Notes: generated by a model not told the origin, from the sequence alone. 63,979 nt of DNA, filler included, from Reticulomyxa filosa (GCA_000512085.1; 23 parts of 23 records of this genome joined end to end with filler, not necessarily neighbours in it), one strand, 5' to 3'; positions 1-12,585 are shown, counted from the first letter of the whole stretch. Made by a program: numbers and translations.

Positions 1-33
<33 letters not shown>

Positions 34-1762
34 TATTATTATAATATCAATTTTTTTTTTCCTTTTTTTTTTCATAATTATTGTTATTGTTGTTATAACA
101 TTTTTCATTCAAAATTATTCCCTTACAGGCACAAAACAAACAACAAACAATCATATTGTCACTTTTTATTGTTGGTTTTTTCTGTTATCTTCTGGTCGTG
201 CCTTGCACCAGATCCATTTTGTTGTGATTGTATTTGGAGGGAGAACACAAAGAAACAAAGGTAATTTAGGTGTAAATATTATACAAGAACACTCATTGAT
301 GAGATATTTTTTGTTATCCTTTATATTTTTTTTTTTTTTTTTTTGTAGTTAGCATTGCATTGCCACTTCTTGTCTGTGTGTTTCTATTTCGGGAAAATTT
401 ATTGCCTTAGTTTCAGTAATCTTTGTTGTATCAAAAAAACAAAAAATATGGTGTGTTGAATACCACTTATATCTGTTTTTCCCTTGTGTTGGAGACTTGT
501 TATAAAAAAAGTTTAATGATTTTTTTTTACCTTGTTTTGTAATCTTTTATTAAACACGCAAACGTTGTTTCGTGTTAGAAATGTATGCCTTTTTTTTTTT
601 TTTTTGCTCTTTTCGTTTTTTGTTTTTAATTAGAACTATGAATGTAACCTTTCAATTGCACTGCAAGTTGCCTCCTTTTGAGCCACGAAAATAATATTTC
701 AAAATTTGTTATTGGATGAAATGACGATCGGAAATTCAAACACAAACAAGCAAGTTCACCTGTCTGTTTTACTTTTTTCTTTCCGCATGTGTCATATGCA
801 CAATACTTTTTGACAAACTTTTCAAAAAAAATCAAAAGCAAAAAAGTACAGTTTGAATCGGCGATTTGAATAGAACAAAATATTTATTGCATTAATAGTC
901 TACTACCCGTTACAAAAATAAACAAAATACACTTTATGCCATCAATTCTAAACAGAATATAATACTTCTACTTTTTAAAAAAGCAAATCGACAAAAACTT
1001 TTCAAAGAGCTTTCAAAAATTGCTTACTTTGAGAAAGTTACGAAAATTTACTAAACATTTTTGCGAAAAAACTTTTAGCTTTATCAACCATAGTTTAGAA
1101 TTAGCAAACTTTTTTTGTAAGCTTTAGTTCTATGTTAGATTTAAAGAAAAGGAAAACGTTGAATTTAGTTTAATATTTTGTTAGTTATAACAAATTTTTC
1201 ATAAATTTATTTGCGTTTTTATGGTTGAGCTATGCCCCGTTAGTGGGTCCTTATACAATCTCTAAAAAAAATTTTATTTTATTTTGCTTTGTCTTTTATA
1301 ATCGATTTACTGTAATATAATAAAGGCTCTGTCATAAAAATTTTTTTTAATAATGAAAGTTCAATTTGACAACATTAATCAAGAAGAATTACACATTTTT
1401 GTAAAAAATTATGAAGAATTTAACAAAAAAGCACTTCTTTGTTGTTGAAAAATATTAGTGTTCTCAGGTGAGAAATCACTTTCGAAATACAAAATAAACA
1501 ATGAAATTGAGTTTTCTGCACGTCAAGATTGACAGTTAAGCGAAAGGACAAGAGTAATTTGTAGATGCGATATGTGAAATTTGTGAATATATGAGACATT
1601 ATTTCGATACAAGTCATCAATGGAAACCAAAATCAAAGCCTCTTACATTAAGCATTTGTTTGTGCTTTTCCTTGTTGTTGCGAGGAAGCATTTGGATCAT
1701 TAAAAAAACCAACAAAAAAACAACCACAGGAAAAGAACAAAAATGTTTCAATTTACATAATG

Positions 1763-3794
1763 CTAATTTTTCTTAAGTTTCCTCATTTGTTCCATATGAA
1801 TAATTTCTTGTGTCAAAGTCTGGAGTACATAGCCAAAAGTCTTGGTAGCTATTCGTGGAAATGTTACCCAAGGATTGAAAAGCAAGAGTAATTAAGAGGG
1901 GAGGAATAAAAAAAGAAGTGATTATGGTGTTGTATTGTATAAAATCGCAAAAAATAGAGGAAAGAAAGAGAGAGACATACCAATGGCACAAGTGATATAA
2001 ATCCGCAAAGACTTTCTCAAATGAGGTGGAACGATCAAAGTGAACTGTGTTTTTAAGAAATTGATGATATAAGTGGAGTCATAATTTTTGGTGACATCAA
2101 ATTCAGTATTGGCAGTGGTATCTTGAGGTTCATGGTCATCGTCTTCCTCCCGTTTCATATCATGTGTAGTGTTGTGTTGATGAGTGTGTCTGGAGTGATA
2201 TGACCGATGTTCGTTGTTTTCATCAAGGAAGCCACGGATGTCCCTTTCGCCGACCTTTTGTTTGTTTGTGACTCCACATGAGCTCCTCTTTTGTCCGTGT
2301 CACTGTTTTTGCTTTGTTTCTTCTTCTTACCAGCGTCCATATCGTCATCGTCATTGTCATTGTCATTGTTCATTGTTGTCATCATTGTCATCTTGTTTAT
2401 TACCGTCGTGACTCACATCAGTATAAATCGAGTTGGAGTACTTTTGCAAGCGATGATGGTAATAGAATCGAGAGCAGTACTGGATTGGAAAATGTTCCAA
2501 AAAGCCAATTTTGTAATCGACCAGTTTCTTATCAAAGATATCTTTGTGATTGAAAATCAATATGAAATTCGTCTGTTGAAAAACGATAGTTCCACAATTG
2601 ATTGCAACAGCTCCATCGATTCCACCAACCGATTCACACAATATTTGCTCCCTTCCAATTCATGATACAAGTTATAGTCCGCCAAAGATACCACAAACAG
2701 CACGGCCGTGTATTGAGAGTCAATTACACTGGCCCATCTGCGTGATCATACATGTATAACATATACATACACTTATATTTATACTTTATATTTACATATA
2801 CATATACGTACCATCTCCATATGTCGCATATGCATGCTTTATGTCATCATATGAATATGATCATATGTGTCGTTTTTTTTTTTTTTTTTTTTTTTTTTGA
2901 TTGCATAAACAAGTTATTTTATTCGATTAAGACAGTGAGAACTTAACAAAGTACGCTGCGGCCTGGCACCACATACATCTGTGACTGACAAATTCCACGT
3001 CGCAGTAAGACGAGATACTTCGTCATAAATGCCTCTGTCATAATGCAAACGAATCTGTTTTTCCCCCCCCCCCCCATCAACCCACCACCCGATGAAAAAG
3101 CTCATCATTGATTAACCCCCTTTTTTTTCAAAAAAAAAAATAATAATGTCAAAACATAGTCGTTGAAATCAGGGATGTAATGCTCGTCAAATAACGAATG
3201 CACTTTCATAAGAAACCATTGGGCGTTGACTAATTCCCAACCTCGAATTTTTTGCATGGTTTCTTGAATACCTTCGTCGTTCATAAATGCGACAATGTCT
3301 TCCAATAAAAGTGGATTGAATATATTGCCGTACGCCTTTTCCCACCACAACTTGTTTGTGTTGTGTTTCCCACTCACTACTGTCGAGTTGCCATTCGCAT
3401 TTGAAGTCTCTGTGTTTTTATCACTCTTAATTAACCCCAATTTCTTTACGTCGTCCGCCTCAAACCCACCAAATTTCAATAACAACTCATTATTCGATTC
3501 AGATACACCACATTCTCTGTGTCCAGACCTGCTCAATCGAACTGACTCTCGTGCATACTGTTCCAACGCTTTTAAAACATGCTTTTTATTTTTTTATTTT
3601 TTTAAACGTTTATCATATTGCTTTATATACACATATGCGCACAATAAATAAACATAATATGCTATAATATGTACATATATATTATATATACATGTGTAAA
3701 CAAAACTTAACTAATACACACAATCGCTTTGCTTGTATTAGTTCTGATTCTTGTACTGGATGATCACCACAAAATTCACGGATTTGTTTGAATA
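1763..3794 (-). CDS. Divergent heterotrimeric G-protein alpha subunit (5'-truncated, multi-exon, frameshifted)
   Basis: Manually spliced minus strand: FKQIR (post P-loop), helical domain ..EGIQETMQK..HYIPDFNDY|IRLHYDRG.., DVCGARPQRTLW (G3), TAVLFVVSLADYN..NRLVESMELL, FILIFNHKD (G4), YITCAI (G5). One-base shift in the A5 run at 2579-2583 and further shifts in a low-complexity insert. 3' end approximate. Confidence 0.88.
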
Positions 3795-3894
3795 NNNNNN
3801 NNNNNNNNNNNNNNNNNNNNNNNNNNNNNNNNNNNNNNTTAATTAATTAANNNNNNNNNNNNNNNNNNNNNNNNNNNNNNNNNNNNNNNNNNNN
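3795..3894. other. Artificial contig spacer N44-TTAATTAATTAA-N44 (first of 22)
   Basis: Identical 100-bp units with a six-frame-stop core start at 3795, 5736, 7284, 8548, 11802, 13774, 15985, 18189, 19697, 24086, 27057, 29609, 31208, 33295, 34505, 40830, 42708, 52938, 57954, 59089, 61281, 62855. Confidence 0.99.
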
Positions 3895-5835
3895 TTTTTT
3901 TTTTTATCATCTTCTAAGTCGAGATCATCATGTTGAAATCGGTCTTTGAAAAACAATAACTTTACTAATTCTTTTTACATAAAGCGACTTTTCACTTCCA
4001 ACAAACGCTGAGTCTTTATTCAATAATGTCGATTACGTCAAAAATAATTTTCTTCTGACAATGTATGAGTGATTTTATCATTTCTACAAATGCATACGAC
4101 AAAAAAAGAACTCCAATTTTGAATATTTTTACAAAGAACAAATCATAAAAATTATATCTTGCTTTTGCAAAAATATTTTGTGAAGAGTATAAACATATGA
4201 AAAGTTGCTATGTGGACAAACACTTGATCTTATTTATTTGTAAAATGCCTGTCAATTTGAATGAGTTCCCATTTTTGCTGTACTTAATTTCAATTCACTG
4301 ATAAAATTAGAATAAATGGTAACTACGCTAGATAACTGTAAAAAAGTTTTGCATATCAAAAACTATTGCAATGAAAAACGATGGGATTAGAGTCTATCCC
4401 TACATTGATGAATATGCGAAGTAACATACGCACTATCAATAGATTTGTAACGTGACTATGAAGACATTCAATTGTTGTTCAATGTTTTCAAACAACTTGA
4501 TTGCTATCATTGATCGTTTTTGCTTCTTGCAAGTTGTTGGCTCACAATTCTGAGAGTTTAATTTACATTTGTTGTAGACTCAGTCAAAGACATTTCATAA
4601 CTATCTTTTGTTCAATATCTTACACTTCTATAATCTGACGGCTAGATGAACAAAGAACACATAATTACATTCTTAAAAAATTTTTATTTATCTTAATGTA
4701 TATACTCTTTGCAATAGCATACATTTTTTGTTTTCAATACATCAAATATATAATAATAATAACACTAATAAAAGGAATTGTCCTATCAGATACAAAAATA
4801 TTTGATGAAGGGTTACCAAGAACACTTTAACGAAAGGAAAAATAGAATACAATAACGTTGTATTTTTTAAAAAAATTGGATGTATTTGAAATTGAGTGAG
4901 ATGTGTATTGCATATTTTTAAAGATATTTATTTAAATGAAATGAATGTATAAATGAAAGGGAGTAAATACTTTTTATCCTTCTTCAAAAAATTAAGCATA
5001 AAGCTTTGAATTTTTTTTGTATGGATGGCGTCATTACTATAAAATAACGAATCAAAATAGAACAAATAAAAAGAACAATTCACACAATTAAAAAGACAAA
5101 GTCATTGACCCTTTTTGTGTCATTTGAGTTACCAAACAACGTGTAAACACTGTTACAACATCAAAATGACGAGTGAGCTACTTACACATTGGATCTTTTC
5201 TCGGTATGCAATATTTAAAAGCCTTTGCACTTTGCATAATTTACTGACATAAATAAAAATGTCAGCCGCGTTCAAGAGAACAAAAATAAAATGCAAATCT
5301 AAACACATTTTGAGATATTCTAGCGACTCTTTGTGAACAGCACTTGTGAAAAGCCAAGACAGTGTTGCTTTGAACTCAATAAACTGTTTGCCAAATTGGT
5401 TGTGAGGATTGCTGAACAAGTGTTTGAGTTTTTGTCAATCTATTTTTCATACTACTCTTTAAAACTGGAAGATTCATTAGTCCTTAGAATGCAAAAAAAA
5501 AGTCTGAATTATTTTAAAGAAAAAAAAAAGCAAGATAAAATGGTGTCCAAAATGCAGACAATTACTAAGACAGCAAGCCGAACAGCTTTGCTCCCCTTCA
5601 AGCAGGAAGAGGCAGTAAAAAAACAAAGCAAAACAATTTATGCAGCCAACATCAATTACTCAAAAGAAAGACGTCCTCAAAAAATTTTGATTATTTTGTT
5701 GCAAACCATAATCAGGACCAAAAAAAATAATTTGGNNNNNNNNNNNNNNNNNNNNNNNNNNNNNNNNNNNNNNNNNNNNTTAATTAATTAANNNNNNNNN
5801 NNNNNNNNNNNNNNNNNNNNNNNNNNNNNNNNNNN

Positions 5836-6248
5836 GGCCGCCGAGGTGGCGGCGCACGATCTGGTGCTGGACTGCAGCGACAATTTTGCCACCCGCCACG
5901 CTATCAATCGCGCTTGCGTCGCAGCCCGGGTGCCGCTGGTATCGGGTGCGGCAGTGCGTTTTAGCGGCCAACTGGCGGTGTACGATGTGCGGGATGGGGT
6001 CGTCGCCGTGCTATCACTGCCTGTTTCCAGAGGAGGGCGAGGCCAGCGACGGGCCGTGTGCCACTTTTGGCGTGCTGGCGCCGCTGGTGGGGGTGATCGG
6101 CAGCCTGCAGGCGGTAGAGGCGGTCAAGCTGCTGGCAGGGCGCCGCCCGGCGCTGTGGCAGCTAACGCTGTACGAGGCGCTGGACGGCAGCTTCCGCCAG
6201 CTTAGGGTGCCGCGTGACCCGGATTGCCCGGTATGCGGCCAACGTTAG
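5836..6248 (+). CDS. moeB: Bacterial MoeB/ThiF-family adenylyltransferase, 3' part
   Basis: [27 protein letters not shown], then [40 protein letters not shown]. Joined by one extra G in the run at 5996-5999. Confidence 0.93.
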
Positions 6249-6259
6249 GCTGCACCCAT

Positions 6260-6292
6260 AAAAAACCGCTTCCCTTGGGAGGCGGTTTTTTT
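6260..6292. terminator. Bidirectional intrinsic terminator
   Basis: AAAAAACCGCTTCCC-TT-GGGAGGCGGTTTTTTT hairpin with A and T tails between the convergent moeB and tlpA genes. Confidence 0.9.
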
Positions 6293-6307
6293 CATTATAG
6301 CGACGGA

Positions 6308-6795
6308 TCAGGCTTTCAGTTGCTGCTCGATCAACTGGTGTAGTTCGTTGAAATCCGGTTCGCCCACGTAGCGTTTGACGATATTGCCCTGCTTGTCGAT
6401 TAGGATGCTGGTGGGGTCAGCTGGATCTCACCATAGGCCTTGGCAATGCTGCCGTCTTTGTCCAGGGTAACGAAGAACGGTAGCTGCTTGTCGTTGACGT
6501 AGGCCTGCACGTAGTTGGGCGGGTCGTAGCTCATCGCCACCGCCACCATTTCGTAGCCCTGCTTGGCGTACTTCTGGTGGGTGGCCACCATCTTGGGCAT
6601 CTCTGCCATGCAGCCACTGCAGCTGGTGGCCCAGAAATTCACCAGCACCACTTTGCCTTTCAGGCTGTCGGTGCTGGCTTGCTGGCCGCTAAGGCTGGTG
6701 TAGCTCACCGCTGGTGCGGCGTCGGTGAACGAACAGCCGCTCAGCAGGGTGGCGGCGCCAAGCGCCAGGATGGTCAGGGTGTGTTTCAGCTTCAT
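6308..6795 (-). CDS. Bacterial TlpA/ResA-family thiol-disulfide oxidoreductase lipoprotein
   Basis: Lipobox LLSGC, LKGKVVLVNFWATSCSGC. The C-terminus LTPTSILIDKQGNIVKRYVGEPDFNELHQLIEQQLKA* is restored by adding one base to GGGG at 6413-6416. Confidence 0.92.
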
Positions 6796-6839
6796 CGTGC
6801 TAAATCCGTTACAGAGGGCCGCGCAGGCGGCCTGGCAGG

Positions 6840-7250
6840 TCAGGCTTGGTGCTGCAGGCCTTCCAGAAGTTCCCGCAGTTTGCCTTCAATGGCCACCGAC
6901 TTGTTTTGCTTGCCGTCAAAAGCCACGAAGGTGACGTCGGCCTCGGCCACCAAGGTGTCGCTGCCGTCCAGCGTCACGCGCTGGTGGATGACGGCGCTGC
7001 GATTGCCCACCGACTTCACCGAGGTGGCGATGGCCAGCTCGTCGTTCATGGTGGCGGGGTGACGATAATCGATATTGATGTTCACCACAATCAGGGCCAC
7101 GCCAGAGGCCAGGAAGGCGGGCAGGTCGGCGCGTTCTTCGAAGTAGGTCCAGCGGGCTTCTTCCAGAAATTCCAGATAGCGGGCGTTATTGACGTGCTGG
7201 TACAGGTCCAGGTGGTAGCCGCGTACCTTGATCTTGGTAATGTGCTGCAT
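6840..7250 (-). CDS. Bacterial hotdog-fold acyl-CoA thioesterase (FadM/YbgC, 4HBT family)
   Basis: KVRGYHLDLYQHVNNARYLEFLEEARW signature. Intact 136 aa ORF with a purine-rich RBS-like sequence upstream. Confidence 0.92.
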   Translation of the reverse strand: MQHITKIKVRGYHLDLYQHVNNARYLEFLEEARWTYFEERADLPAFLASGVALIVVNINIDYRHPATMNDELAIATSVKSVGNRSAVIHQRVTLDGSDTLVAEADVTFVAFDGKQNKSVAIEGKLRELLEGLQHQA

Positions 7251-7412
7251 GTTTCCCCTCGTGTGGAAAGGTTGGCCGCAGCGNNNNNNNNNNNNNNNNN
7301 NNNNNNNNNNNNNNNNNNNNNNNNNNNTTAATTAATTAANNNNNNNNNNNNNNNNNNNNNNNNNNNNNNNNNNNNNNNNNNNNAATTGCAACAGAAAGGG
7401 CAAATGGTGAGT

Positions 7413-7495
7413 AAAAGTGGAAAAGTGAAAAAGTGAAAAAGTGAAAAAGTGAAAAAGTAAAAAGATAAAAAAGATAAAAAAAAAAGATAAAAAAG
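7413..7495 (+). repeat. Tandem (GAAAAAGT)n / (AAAAAGAT)n minisatellite
   Basis: Visible 8-9 bp tandem units. Confidence 0.75.
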
Positions 7496-7750
7496 CAAAG
7501 AAGTGAAAGAAAAAGTGGTGATTCCTTTTTTTTTTTTTTTTTTTTGTAAAGTTTTAAAAAGTTTGTAGACTCGTTTTGTAAACATATTTAGTAACTCTTT
7601 TAGATGCAAAAAACAGCAAGTTTTGGGTCATGTTTAACTGGTTCAGATTCTGGTGGTTGGTGTTCGGATTATTTTGTAAGTATTTGTGTTAAAAAGAGTA
7701 TATATATTTTTGTTAAATGATAAAAAGATGAATGAATAAATGAATGAATA

Positions 7751-7791
<41 letters not shown>

Positions 7792-7951
7792 GAATGAAAA
7801 TAGTAATAATACTAATAATGATGAAAAGATAATTAATAAAAAACGAGAAAGTTATACATTTATGGGAATAGAATATCCGGTAAATAAAGTAAATTATATA
7901 TGTATATATTTTATTAATAAATACATACATTTTTAAAAAAAAAAAAAAATA

Positions 7952-8157
7952 GATTTCAAATAATCAAAATCGTTTAGATTCTAATATAGAAGGAGAAATA
8001 ATAAATAATAATAAAAAAACATGGAAAGGTTTTCCAAAATTTTCAGTTAAGAAAAAAAGAAAATATTTTAACAACCAATCAAAATATATAAATCTTTTTC
8101 TTATTACATTAAATAAAAAATAAAATAAAAGATGATATCAACCAATCAAGCAAATTC

Positions 8158-8198
<41 letters not shown>

Positions 8199-8547
8199 TG
8201 AATATTGATAATAATAATAATAATAATAATAAAAAGAAAAAAAAATCTGTTCATTTTGAAGATGAAACTATTGATGATAGTGATGATGATAATTTAGATA
8301 ATTTATTAATTTCTCAACAAGAAAATAAAAATAATAAAATAAATAAAAAAGGTTTAGATATTATTGAAGAATTAGATAAAGAAATGTCAAGAATTGAAAT
8401 TATTGTTCATAATGAAATTCGTATTAATGAAAGAAATAAAATTAAGTATGAATTACAACAATGTCAAAATATTTCTGTACAAGTTAAAGATAGGAATGAT
8501 CAAATGAATGGTATGTATAAGATATAAGATATAAGATATAAGATATA
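7952..8547 (+). CDS. Asn-rich low-complexity protein, partial, with RVxF-like motif
   Basis: (AAT)n-encoded poly-N, KKKKKSVHFEDE, coiled-coil-like segment. No family recognised. Confidence 0.45.
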
Positions 8548-8647
8548 NNNNNNNNNNNNNNNNNNNNNNNNNNNNNNNNNNNNNNNNNNNNTTAATTAAT
8601 TAANNNNNNNNNNNNNNNNNNNNNNNNNNNNNNNNNNNNNNNNNNNN

Positions 8648-8718
8648 TTTTTACTCAAAAATTGGGTGAAGATCATCAAGATACAAAAGAAGTGATATCA
8701 AAATTGGAAAAGTTGTGA
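8648..8718 (+). CDS. 3' tip of a kinesin-light-chain-type TPR repeat gene
   Basis: FTQKLGEDHQDTKEVISKLEKL* matches the LGxxHPDT end of TPR_12 repeats. Only about 22 codons are present. Confidence 0.5.
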
Positions 8719-9093
8719 ATTTGTTGAGTCAAAACATATTTGCATTTGAAACATATTTGATAATTAAGTATCAACATTTCTAAGTATGAGTCAATTTTTT
8801 TTTTCTCTCCTTTGAAGTGCACATACAATGATTGAGACAAAAAAGGAAAATGTTTATTTGTTTTGCCTTCCATTTCATTTTTAACATTGAAACAATATTA
8901 ATTTTGCAATTTCAAAAGAAAAATAAAGAATCATTGATCAAATTAAAATAAATTACAGACGTTTTAACAAAGAAATTTTTATTTTAAAAAGAGTGAGATA
9001 ATACTATGATTGGAATAGTCTTGGAGCAATAGCTTTTTAAAAAAGATAGTAATAATGCAATATGTTTCAACTGTGAAATAAAAACCAAAATAA

Positions 9094-9453
9094 CTATATG
9101 TAAGATATACAATCTAAGTGTATTTGTTTAATCCATAAATGACTTGTTTTAATTTTCATATGTCCAAATTCTTTTCTAAATGTTTTATCATAATTTACAG
9201 TTAATATAATATTCTTGCCAAATAAATATATTCCAAGATAACAATTATTCCATTCATTGTTTTTCAAATGTATAGTTTGATCATTTTCATTCATCAATAA
9301 AAAATCCAATCCATTTTTGAGACTTGGAAATATAAGCAATGAGACAATGTTTTGACAATTTTTGTTGCATTTTAACTCGTTATTATCAAGTTCTTTTTCT
9401 TTTTCTTCAGTTTTATTTTGTGTTGTAATTTGAATTAAATACTGATAAGTCAC
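9094..9453 (-). pseudogene. Fragment of a lineage-expanded hypothetical protein family
   Basis: LKNGLDFLLMNEN..LKNNEWNNC..GHMKIKTSHLWIK. Truncated. I recall this pattern from Reticulomyxa multicopy proteins but could not verify it. Confidence 0.4.
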
Positions 9454-9789
9454 TTAAACAAGCTGCAATGTCCCGTGCCATAAAGAGGGTTCATGTCTGG
9501 CGAGTATTTGCAACACACTAGTGATGTGTGGGATAACATTAGAAGTGGCGACGCGACAAATTCATCGACAAGGCAAGTATACCTTGTGGTCGACGTGACT
9601 ATTCAGTCGATGTGTTCTCCAGCAGTGAACGCGCGATACGTCATTCAATACGAAAAAACGCATAGCGTTGACTATAAACAGCAAAAATACACTAAAAATG
9701 ATGAAAAATAAAAACAAAATATTAATGGTGTTGTGTAAAAAAAAAGAAAATATGAACGAAAGAAGAAAATAGTTCAAATTTCTTGATGC

Positions 9790-11620
9790 CAGACGGCGAC
9801 CCAATGAAAGTATATAAGCATAATAACATGGAGCCTTCCAACCAATTAGATACTGATCAAAATGAATAAGATAATAGAAGTGTAAGTAAACACTTGTACT
9901 TCAAACTCTTCGAAATCTAGAGTCATCCTAAAATCCATCAAACAATTGCCGCCATAGCGACAACAAACATGGCCACTTGTGTCGCAATACAAATGGCAAT
10001 GGACAATGTAATATACAGAGTGACATACTAACTGCTGTGATATGTTCTACGCCGTTACCTAATTAGGATTCATATACATACACTTTATTGTCATTGTGGT
10101 TGATATTGCAAAAAGGGCAACAAATGTGTTATGTATTGATCCTTTTTTTTTTAGTGCTATCATAAAAAAAAATTACCAATAATCAGAAGTAAGATCATTC
10201 TAACAAATCCTTTTCCAATGCCAGCATTGGAAGCATGAGTTCAATAGCACCGACCAAGAACTCTGACAAAACCGCAACAAGGGCCATAGTGAATAACAGT
10301 AAGTCATGCCACCAAATAATGAAATCGCTAATTCTTCATTATCTTCTTCTTTCTTTTCTTTTTCTTTTTTCATTTTCTCCATCATTTTCGGCCTGGTTGG
10401 ATGAGTGATCATTGTCCTCAGCAGAGTTGATTTTTTGCTCATGTGACTTGTGCGCTCATGCAAGAAAAAGGGTCCAACGGAGCGATGTTCTTTGTCTTTG
10501 CTTGTGGTATCCTCGTTAATTAGGTCCTTGTGCGTACGCAGCACAAGTACAAGCAAGCATAAATACATTATCAACAATAATATCGCAGCTGTCCGCAACA
10601 CAATCAATTCGGCGTTTCCTAGGTTCATCATTCTAAAAAAAAACAAGTGACAGAGATTCAAGCAAAGAACAAAAAAAGAGGCAAAACAAAATCCTACATT
10701 ACTTTCCTTCCCTTTGCAAAAAAAAGAAAATTGTGTTGGAGCTACATAAGAGAAACAGAAAATCATAAGGGGAATTTAGTAGCAACAAGGAGACGTTGGC
10801 ACTTGTGGCAGCAATATTGAACGTGAAGTCTTGTTTGTATCCGGCTGCTAAAAATGCTTATCCAAAACTAGGAACGAGTTGCTGAATATACTGACAATTA
10901 GAGATAGTTGAACCAAATGGATTAACGTGTAGCGATTGTCCGTTTCGTGATTATTTTGAACATTCTTTACTTTCACCAGGGCTAATATCATTATCCCAAT
11001 CTTTTTTTTTTTAATTTTTTATTTTTACAAGTTGTTTCTTTTTTTTTTATAAAAAAAAATTTTTAAAAATGTATACGTATTGTTATGATCTATGTCCATA
11101 ATGTCAATTTTGTTATTGTTGTTTTTATTAAACTTCAACAGCGTTTCCGAAGTTGCATTTAACAAACCGTCAGTAGTTTCTCCAAGCTTTTTTTTTTGAA
11201 AAGAAGAAGCACATATACATGTATGTATACCTTACTCGCATATTTTTGTTTTCTCTCAAATAACAAATAATTTGATACATTACAAACACAAAACAAAACT
11301 TGCAATATAACCACGTGGTGGCTCGTCTTCGTTTGAAGGAAGATAATACACTAATTGTCCTACTGCCAATTGTCTGCACGCAAGCAAACCAGAACACCAC
11401 TTCTAGTCTCGCTATCTCTTGCACATACAACCTTTGCCCCTTTTGCAACGGCGGGCAACTTACCACAGGTCAACCAGAGGGATTGGAACCAAGTACTTGG
11501 TCAAATAATACTACAGCTGACACACAGGCGCACTGCGGAAGCACGTCCAGTGAAACAAATGACAAAATCAAATGGGTTAACTCGCGCGAGGAAAAGTGAC
11601 ATGGCGAAGGATTCTCGGAT
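9790..11620 (-). pseudogene. Ca2+/H+ antiporter (CAX/VCX1 family) pseudogene
   Basis: Alpha-1 repeat GLLNAT(F)GNAVE (~11135-11170, frameshifted), alpha-2 repeat GNGVEHITAV (~10030-10060), SNWLEGSMLL near 9830, YLCLLVLVLRTH. Multiple in-frame stops and shifts. Confidence 0.82.
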
Positions 11621-12585
11621 GAATCTGCAGTCGAATATAACAGTTGGATCATCTTTTTATTCAAAAGGATCAATATTTTACTTTTTTTTTAACTGGAAGG
11701 TTCCTTGACACGAAAGAAGTTTAGTTTTTTTGCTATACCTGCCACTTTCGTACAAATATATCTGCTTCTACCGCAAAATAATTATTTATTTGTTTTTAAA
11801 ANNNNNNNNNNNNNNNNNNNNNNNNNNNNNNNNNNNNNNNNNNNNTTAATTAATTAANNNNNNNNNNNNNNNNNNNNNNNNNNNNNNNNNNNNNNNNNNN
11901 NAAAAAAAAATTTTATGAAAACAATCTTGAGTCCATTATGACTCTAACTATTCCTAATGTTCCTAATGTTACTGGCGTTTATACCGTTTTTGGCATTTAT
12001 CATATTTTTAATGTGGATTATATTATTATTATTCGAATATAAAATAGTAATTATTTTTTTTTATATCAAATTGATTAAATATTTCACTCTAAACTCAATG
12101 CGACTGTTGGATTTTTTTAAAAATTTATTCTTCTGACTCATTTTTTTTGAATCCAAAATTTGTATATGTGCATTTATTCATTTTTATTTGTCATTCAAAA
12201 AATTCAAAGATTGGATGACATACTGTAACGAAATGATTTATTAATCGTATCAATAAATTATGTGCTAATCATTATTTAGAGTAAATCAAATCTTTTTTTC
12301 AAGCAAAGTAAACGTCGACATAAACTTGTACTTTTGTAAATTATCAAATCAAGCAATTAGATTTCGTAGTTGCTACATTTATACAAAAAGAGGACAATAC
12401 TTTTATAATTTTGTTTTATTAAAAAAATGCTCACTCTTTCATTTTTCTGTTAAATTATTTGTGACAATATCGTGTTTAGTTTCAACTCGTTTTGCAGGGC
12501 GGCTCTCGTTCAAAAAAAAATAATACTACGCTTTCCCATCTTATTAATATAAAAGACAAAGTAGAATCAATAAACATTTGCAATT

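Noticed and set aside
3839-3850. Recurring palindromic TTAATTAATTAA as a biological repeat or CRISPR-like array
   Set aside because: Always centred in exactly 44+44 Ns. It is an artificial six-frame-stop linker.
6577-7331. Long plus-strand ORFs (6577-7062, 6846-7331; likewise 30423-30926)
   Set aside because: Antisense shadows of real genes in GC-rich DNA.
5736-7383. Bacteria-to-eukaryote horizontal transfer
   Set aside because: The bacterial DNA touches only spacers, has no introns or AT amelioration, and keeps a bacterial terminator.
8517-8547. (GATATAA)n at a contig end as a telomere repeat
   Set aside because: Only about 4 units, directly after a GT donor-like site. Most contigs here break at intronic microsatellites.
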